Shown here piece by piece: positions 58,241 through 64,000 of a stretch of DNA of 64,000 nt. Made by a program: the position numbers and the translations under genes. Position 1 is the stretch's first letter, and every line of letters begins with the position of its first letter. The notes beneath the pieces are model-generated. The model worked only from the letters and a program-made list of their open reading frames with translations. It ran no database searches and had not been told where the DNA came from. The DNA lies in assembly GCA_963662435.1 (NCBI GenBank), contig OY759598.1, positions 3,380,507-3,444,506 on the forward strand. Reading direction: 5' to 3'. This DNA comes from Dehalococcoidia bacterium (GTDB lineage: Bacteria > Chloroflexota > Dehalococcoidia > Lucifugimonadales > VXLM01).

Positions 58241-58295
58241 TTAGGTCTACTCTGAACTCGATCAGAGAATCCCTTTCAAAGGAGGTGAATCGACA

Positions 58296-58661
58296 TTGAC
58301 GAATCAAGACACTTCGGGCCTGCTTCCTCTCCCGGTCGCGCATCTTCACATCCTGATGGCCTTGGCCACCGGAGACAAGCACGGCTACGCGATCATGCAG
58401 GAGGTTGAGGTCTTGACCGAAGGGGCGGTCACGATGGGCCCGGGAACACTCTACGGGGCCATCAAGAAGATGCTGAAGTCCGGGTTTGTCGAGGAAAGCG
58501 ACGAACGACCCGACCCAGAACTGGACGATGAACGTCGCCGCTACTACCGGATCACCGGCCTGGGTGGGCGAGTCCTCGACGCTGAGGTCAGCCGGATGGA
58601 GCAGCTCGCTCGTACCGCCAGGGCGAGACAGGTGACTGCCATGCGAGGGTCGGGTACCTGA
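58296..58661 (+). CDS. PadR family transcriptional regulator
   Basis: HGYAIM, GPGTLYG and RRRYYRIT..G motifs; AAGGAGGTG RBS. Confidence 0.92.
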   Translation: MTNQDTSGLLPLPVAHLHILMALATGDKHGYAIMQEVEVLTEGAVTMGPGTLYGAIKKMLKSGFVEESDERPDPELDDERRRYYRITGLGGRVLDAEVSRMEQLARTARARQVTAMRGSGT

Positions 58662-58662
58662 G

Positions 58663-59367
58663 GTGCTCTCCGAAAGAGTGTACCGCCGCCTGCTCGTCGT
58701 CTATCCAAGTGAGCATCGGCGGGAATACGGGGAGTTGATGCTCCAGCTGTTTCGAGACCGGATGCGTCGCGATGGTGGCGGCTTCCGAGGGCTGGTTGTC
58801 TGGGTGCAGATGATCGTCGACCTCGCGGGAGCCGCGTTCAAAGAACATACAGAAAGAAAGGAAGGATACAAAATGAAAAAGCGAATCGGAATTGCATTGG
58901 TCGCAGTGCTGCTGATGGGCGTGGTAGGCGTCGGCACGCTCCTAGCACAGCAGGGTAAGACGGTGGCTTCTGTGTCGGTACAAGAGACGGATGGTGAGCC
59001 GAGTATGTCAGTGTTCTGGCAGGGGCCGGATGGGGTCGCCATTGAAGAACCGGACAGCGCGCCGAATATCTCAGTCAGTGGAGCGGACGCGCTGACTGAT
59101 GCGATGCGGCAGGCTGTGGAGGAGGGCGTTTTCGACCAGGAAGCGGCGGACGAGATCGTGCAGGTGTTCAACGAACAGCGTGCAGGATCGTCGGCGGAAG
59201 TAGTGAAGGTCTCCGTGCGGTACGACTCCTCCACGACCTTCTCAGAGGAGGGAGCGGACGCGCTGCTGGTGGCTGAGGGGTTGCGGCAGGCTGTGGAGGA
59301 AGGTCTGATCGCCCAAGAGACGGCAGACCAGATTCTGCAATCTCTCGACGACGAGAACGTGCAGTAA
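58663..59367 (+). CDS. PadR-associated membrane-anchored protein
   Basis: N-terminal YRRLL..YP...R.EYG..M, an internal signal-like segment, and two RQAVEEG repeats. Confidence 0.65.
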   Translation: MLSERVYRRLLVVYPSEHRREYGELMLQLFRDRMRRDGGGFRGLVVWVQMIVDLAGAAFKEHTERKEGYKMKKRIGIALVAVLLMGVVGVGTLLAQQGKTVASVSVQETDGEPSMSVFWQGPDGVAIEEPDSAPNISVSGADALTDAMRQAVEEGVFDQEAADEIVQVFNEQRAGSSAEVVKVSVRYDSSTTFSEEGADALLVAEGLRQAVEEGLIAQETADQILQSLDDENVQ

Positions 59368-59369
59368 GC

Positions 59370-60293
59370 CTACGCCCCGAACTGGTAGCTGAGCGGGTCT
59401 TCGTCGAATTCGAGGCTGATGAGAGCCTCTCGCGCCGCCTCTTCGATGGCCTCATCGTCGTCCGATAGATGCTGCTGGAGCACGTTCTTCGCCATCGCCC
59501 CGCCGATCAGGCCGATCGATTTGATCGATGCCAACCGCACCTCTGTGTCGTCGTCGCTGAGAAGCCGAACGAGGCGTGGAACGACCCCCTCTTCTCCGAG
59601 AAGCCCGCACGCCGTCGCCGCCTCAAACCGCACCGAGTGAAGTGGATTCGACATCTCGTCGACCACCGTCGGAAGCCAGTCGGCGTTTGAGCTCTGCCCC
59701 ATCCCATAGATCGCGCTTTGAACTAGATCCGGATTGTCAGATTCATACGCGTCCCACACCACGCTGTTCGTCTCCGCAGTGTTGAAACTCGCCACCGCCT
59801 CCAACGCGCGCCTTCGAACGTCGATATTCTCCGCTGGGTTGTTGAACACCGCCAAGAGCGCATTTCTAACCCGTTCACAGTCTTTGGCGAGCAGCTTGCC
59901 GTTCTGGGCCATCATCGAGAAGTTCTTCAGCGACATGGCCGCCGCCGCCCGGACCTCGGGATATTCGTCACCTTCCAGGAGCTTGACCAGCGGACGGATC
60001 ATCGTGCGGTCCTCTGTCTCCCAAAGACCCCGCGCAGCCTTCTCCCGTATCGCACTGTCGCCGTCTGACAGGCACGACTTGAATATCGAACTGAAGTCGA
60101 ATTCCACGTTGTCGTCCGCCAACTCGACGAGCTTGCGAACGACCTCACGCCGTCGTTCTGTAGGTAGCCCCCGCCATACGGTCTTGAATTCTGCCAGACC
60201 TTCCTTGGGCAGGTCGGATAGCTGCAGAAGGCCCGAATACGTCACGGGCTTTTCCGCGTCGGCCAGGTCGGTTAGGAGGTCAGGGAGCGTCAC
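59370..60293 (-). CDS. HEAT/PBS-lyase repeat protein
   Basis: Repeated L.D.D..VR..AA..LG units; the start is uncertain. Confidence 0.82.
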   Translation of the reverse strand: MTLPDLLTDLADAEKPVTYSGLLQLSDLPKEGLAEFKTVWRGLPTERRREVVRKLVELADDNVEFDFSSIFKSCLSDGDSAIREKAARGLWETEDRTMIRPLVKLLEGDEYPEVRAAAAMSLKNFSMMAQNGKLLAKDCERVRNALLAVFNNPAENIDVRRRALEAVASFNTAETNSVVWDAYESDNPDLVQSAIYGMGQSSNADWLPTVVDEMSNPLHSVRFEAATACGLLGEEGVVPRLVRLLSDDDTEVRLASIKSIGLIGGAMAKNVLQQHLSDDDEAIEEAAREALISLEFDEDPLSYQFGA

Positions 60294-60473
60294 TGCGTTG
60301 TAAGTCCGTTGTGGATGACTGATCAGTGTCAGTGGATGAATGTGCCGCGCGATAGCAGGCACGGAAAGTAATCGAGTCTCTCATTGTTTGTCAAGGTTCA
60401 TTGCAAGTGCGATACTGCCCTCCATCACGGCGCTTGAGCGCCACCTTCACCGCTCTCCCTTCGAGGTCTTCAC

Positions 60474-61148
60474 GTGGCGCCTAGAGTCAAGCGTATGTCC
60501 GCCGTCGAGGTCATGGACGCCCTCAGCCCCGAGTATGGCCCGTTCCACTGGGAACCGCGCTACGATCCTGCCTCCGAGCTCGTCTACACCATCCTGTCGC
60601 AGCACACCTCGGACATCAACTCCGAGCGGGCGTTCAAGAACCTCATGGACACGTTCGGCACTTTGGAGGCCATCGCGGCAGCGGACATCCCCGACATCGA
60701 GAAAGCGATAAGGCGCGCCGGCCTCTTTCGCGTCAAGGCGCCCCGCATCAAGCAGGTGCTGAACGAGGTCCTCGACGAGGTCGGCTCGTTCGACCTCTCA
60801 TTCCTCGCCGAAATGCCTCTCGACGAGGCGAAGGACTGGCTCAAGCGCTTCAACGGCATCGGGCCCAAGACGGCGGCGATCATCCTCTGCTTCTCGCTCG
60901 GACTGCCCGCCATGCCGGTCGACACCCACATCTACCGGGTAGCCAAAAGGCTCCGCCTCATCGGCCCGAAGGTCACCGCCGACCAGGCCCACGACATACT
61001 CGAACCCATGGTCCCCCCGGACGACGTCTTCGCTTTCCACCTCTACCTCATCAACCACGGTCGCCAGGTTTGCAAAGCCATCCGCCCCCGCTGCGACTCC
61101 TGCGTCCTCGCCGAACGCTGCCCATCAAAAGGAATCGAGCGCGGCTAG
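60474..61148 (+). CDS. nth: Endonuclease III family (HhH-GPD) glycosylase
   Basis: ILSQHT, GIGPKTA, PVDTH and C-x6-C-x2-C-x5-C Fe-S motifs. Confidence 0.88.
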   Translation: MAPRVKRMSAVEVMDALSPEYGPFHWEPRYDPASELVYTILSQHTSDINSERAFKNLMDTFGTLEAIAAADIPDIEKAIRRAGLFRVKAPRIKQVLNEVLDEVGSFDLSFLAEMPLDEAKDWLKRFNGIGPKTAAIILCFSLGLPAMPVDTHIYRVAKRLRLIGPKVTADQAHDILEPMVPPDDVFAFHLYLINHGRQVCKAIRPRCDSCVLAERCPSKGIERG

Positions 61149-62158
61149 CCCTCCGGCCAGTCCACCTCCAGCTCACGCACGGCATTCCGCCAGAAGATGT
61201 CCTCGATCTGATCTCGCGTGAGTCCGGCAATTGCCGCCGCCTGCTTCATCGCCAGGAGCTGCTCGTACAGGCAGATGACGGGCCGGTAGTCCGAGTGGTC
61301 GAAGTGGAGATACGGCACATTGTCGGTTTCGAGCATCTGGTGTGTTTTGCCGAATGCCGTGTACGCCCCGTGGAATGACACCGACTCGATGCCGTCGGTC
61401 CCGTAGAAGATGCGCCGGTGGTCCTCCTCGCGGAACAGCGTGATGAACGGGCGCACGTCGGTCACGGCAGAGGTGTCGTACCAGATGTTCGGCATCGCCT
61501 TGAGACGGTCAATCCCCCGCTCCATCTGCCAGTAGACGAACGACCGCGCGCTGTGGGCGAGGATCCACCGGATCCCCGGATATCGTTTCGTGGTGTACTC
61601 TTCGAGGTCCCGCAGGTTCTCCTCGTCTCCGCCACCGGCCCGGGACAGGTGCATCGTCACCCACAGTCCCAGTTCGCTGGCGACCTCCATCTGCTCATGC
61701 GGCAGGAACTCGTGGATGCGGCAGTCCTTCATGTCTCCGGTAACGGAGTAGAGGCGGTACACCTTAAGGCCTATGAACCCGCGTTCCTTAACATCACGCT
61801 CGATCTCCTCAGGAGTGTTGCCCGGCACCGTCAGTCGGTTTCGCCTTGACAGGGGATCGGACTGCATCTCCCGCTGCATGAACGTGTTGTGGCCGTACAC
61901 GTCAGTGCCCGTCGCCGGTCTCCCCAGCATCAGAAAGTGAGTCTCCCGCCCCGGCAACACCAGATTGTGCCACGCCTTCGCCGTCTCGAAGTCCGTGTCG
62001 GGATACATGTCCCGGTACTTGCTGTCTTCGGCAATGAGGCTGTTGTCGAGCAGGTGCATGTGGCAGTCGTATACCCGCTGCGGCACCCAGCTCTCCAACT
62101 CCGATTCCCAGATTTCCTGGTCGTCTTTTCGATAGTCGATATGTTCCTTGGTTAGCAT
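61145..62158 (-). CDS. Amidohydrolase family 2 protein
   Basis: DCHMH, GLKVY, ILAH, WYDTS, YGTD and IFWRNA motifs. Confidence 0.82.
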   Translation of the reverse strand: MLTKEHIDYRKDDQEIWESELESWVPQRVYDCHMHLLDNSLIAEDSKYRDMYPDTDFETAKAWHNLVLPGRETHFLMLGRPATGTDVYGHNTFMQREMQSDPLSRRNRLTVPGNTPEEIERDVKERGFIGLKVYRLYSVTGDMKDCRIHEFLPHEQMEVASELGLWVTMHLSRAGGGDEENLRDLEEYTTKRYPGIRWILAHSARSFVYWQMERGIDRLKAMPNIWYDTSAVTDVRPFITLFREEDHRRIFYGTDGIESVSFHGAYTAFGKTHQMLETDNVPYLHFDHSDYRPVICLYEQLLAMKQAAAIAGLTRDQIEDIFWRNAVRELEVDWPEG

Positions 62159-62302
62159 GTGCCCCCCTGCCAATGGACTCCGCCCGCAGCGTCGAATCAA
62201 TGGCGATAGTCTATGTCACAGCGACATAATCCCCGAAATCACCGCACATAGCAACCAACTATCCACCGTCATTCACTTGGATATGCCAGTCGCACACAAA
62301 CT

Positions 62303-62563
62303 TGTAGGGGCGGGATTCAAACCAATTGTTCCAACTAATTGCCATTTTAGCTATGGAAAAGCGTCCGAGAGCCAGATCGAGGTGTGTCGTTTTCGTCCTG
62401 ATTCGAGTCGCTCAAATACAATCGTACTGCCAGGTGGCCCGGTCAATGTGTGCATTGGTGCCTTTCGAGGGCGGCCATAGTGGTCGAACATGGGCAAATT
62501 AGCTACGGAACCCCCCATTTCGTCGAATTAGTTGGAGCAGATGGTTTCAAACCCGCCCCTACA
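62303..62563. mobile_element. 261-bp MITE/REPIN-like element with 38-bp imperfect terminal inverted repeats beginning with a GTAG-type REP
   Basis: TGTAGGGGCGGGATTCAAACCAATTGTTCCAACTAATT ... AATTAGTTGGAGCAGATGGTTTCAAACCCGCCCCTACA (33/38 match). Confidence 0.65.
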
Positions 62564-62590
62564 GGCAATTAATGACAGACCTTTACATCC

Positions 62591-62657
62591 CGTCCTTCCG
62601 CGAAGGCGGGAACCCATGACCCGCTCCGCAACCTCCGCGCCCTCTGTGGTGAATCCC
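62591..62657. repeat. Degenerate family B/C palindrome plus family F repeat
   Basis: CGTCCTTCCGCGAAGGCGGGAACCCA; CTCCGCAACCTCCGCGCCCTCTGTGGTGAATCCC. Confidence 0.6.
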
Positions 62658-62665
62658 TACGAACC

Positions 62666-64000
62666 TCACCCCTCCGCCACAGGCTTCCGACTCAGCACGC
62701 CGCCGATGCGCCGGAGCATATTCGGAATACTCTCATTGAAAATGCTGTACACCACCGGCACCACGATCAGCGTAAGCCCCGTGGAGCTCATAAGCCCGCC
62801 GATTACCACGGTCGCCAACTCGGCGCTGATGATGCCCCCTTCGTCGGCCGATGCCGCCGCCAGCGGCAACAGCGCGAAGCTCGTTGTCAACGCCGTCATG
62901 AGAATCGGGCGCAGCCGCACCCTGCCGCCGTTGATGAGAGCGTCGTACACCCCCATGCCCTTCTCACGTAGCTGCTCGACGAATGCGATCAGCACGATGG
63001 CGTTCGTCACCACGATGCCGATGAGAAGCAGGATGCCCATCATCGCCGGCAGGCCAAGCGAACGACCCGTTATCACCAGCGCTGCAAGCGCCCCGATGAG
63101 CGCGAAGGGCAGGGTGGTCACGATGACTATCGGATTCCTCAGAGACCCCAGGCTGGCCACCATGACCAGGTACACCAGTACGATTCCCACGGCCATCGAG
63201 ATGAAGATGGCCTGGAACCCCTCGGCGATGTCCGCGAACAGCCCGCCGCTGGTGATCGTTACGCCCGGTGGAAGCGCGATCGCGGCTATCTTCTCGTCTA
63301 TCAACGTGCCCACCTGCTGCGCGTCCTCGGCAACGATATCGCCCGTGATGGTGGCCGACCGAATGCCGTCCGTCCGGCTGATCGTCACCGGCCCTTCCTT
63401 CACAACCACCTCCGCCAGATCCCCCAGTGGGGCCGAGCCTAACGGTCCCGCGATGTTGAGAAGTTCAACCGCCGCTATGCCGCCCGCCATCGCCCTGCGG
63501 TCGCCTGACAGCACCACGTCGGTGACCGTATCGTCAATGGTTATCCGCGTGACCGTCTCTCCGATGAGGTACTGGCTTACCTGAAGCCCTACCTGCCTAG
63601 TACTCAGGCCGATGCTCGCCGCCTTCCCCGGATCGACCTGAATCGAAGCCTCGTCGCGGGCCTGCGCCACGTTGCTCTCGATGTTGATGACGCCATCCAC
63701 TTCTCCGATAGAGTCCGTCAGTTCCTGCGAGACGGCTACGATATCGTTGTAGTTCGGTCCCGTGATCCTGACATCGAGGCCGGAGGTCGGAGGACCGCTT
63801 GCCACCTCTCGGATCCTGATGACTCTCCCTCCCGTGTCCAGCTCCTCCCGGAGAATCTGGGCGATGTCTTCCGGAGCGTCCTCTGACAGATTGACAAGGA
63901 TGCTGGCTTGATTCAGACTGCCGGGCGCCCCTCCCACGCTCATGTTCGTCGCGCCTACGGTGGAACTGTACACCTCGGCGACTCCGCTCACCCGGTCTTC
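62666..64000 (-). CDS. RND efflux permease (AcrB family), 5' partial
   Basis: LVYLVM, GILLLIGIVVTNAIVL, RLRPILMT, ATVVIGGL and VVPVVY motifs. Confidence 0.92.
   Translation of the reverse strand, partial: EDRVSGVAEVYSSTVGATNMSVGGAPGSLNQASILVNLSEDAPEDIAQILREELDTGGRVIRIREVASGPPTSGLDVRITGPNYNDIVAVSQELTDSIGEVDGVINIESNVAQARDEASIQVDPGKAASIGLSTRQVGLQVSQYLIGETVTRITIDDTVTDVVLSGDRRAMAGGIAAVELLNIAGPLGSAPLGDLAEVVVKEGPVTISRTDGIRSATITGDIVAEDAQQVGTLIDEKIAAIALPPGVTITSGGLFADIAEGFQAIFISMAVGIVLVYLVMVASLGSLRNPIVIVTTLPFALIGALAALVITGRSLGLPAMMGILLLIGIVVTNAIVLIAFVEQLREKGMGVYDALINGGRVRLRPILMTALTTSFALLPLAAASADEGGIISAELATVVIGGLMSSTGLTLIVVPVVYSIFNESIPNMLRRIGGVLSRKPVAEG

Overview
A GC-rich bacterial chromosomal segment. 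The gene content (rpsO-pnp-dapB, hisZ-hisG-hisD-hisC-hisB, four PhyH-family dioxygenases, a cadherin/LRR surface protein) suggests Chloroflexota, Dehalococcoidia/SAR202-like and possibly host-associated; this is inference only. Most genes are housekeeping or catabolic. Features the ORF track misses: (1) a small GIY-YIG nuclease gene with one premature stop (12275-12553), flanked by direct repeats that contain the most abundant intergenic palindrome family in the window, an arrangement resembling a REPtron but with a non-RAYT nuclease; (2) a ~24-nt hairpin element found four times at the same AG^GGTGA-like site inside other palindromic repeats; (3) a UGSC-family selenoprotein split at an in-frame UGA followed by a SECIS-like hairpin (40461-40997); (4) a decayed second folE copy beyond a toxin-antitoxin pair; (5) a pst operon with a Pho-box-like site, a tandemly duplicated PstS, and aquaporin plus arsC appended; (6) a 2229-bp near-identical internal duplication in an 1800-aa cadherin/LRR protein. 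I saw no tRNA, rRNA or CRISPR array. All calls come from reading the sequence by eye; no searches were run.
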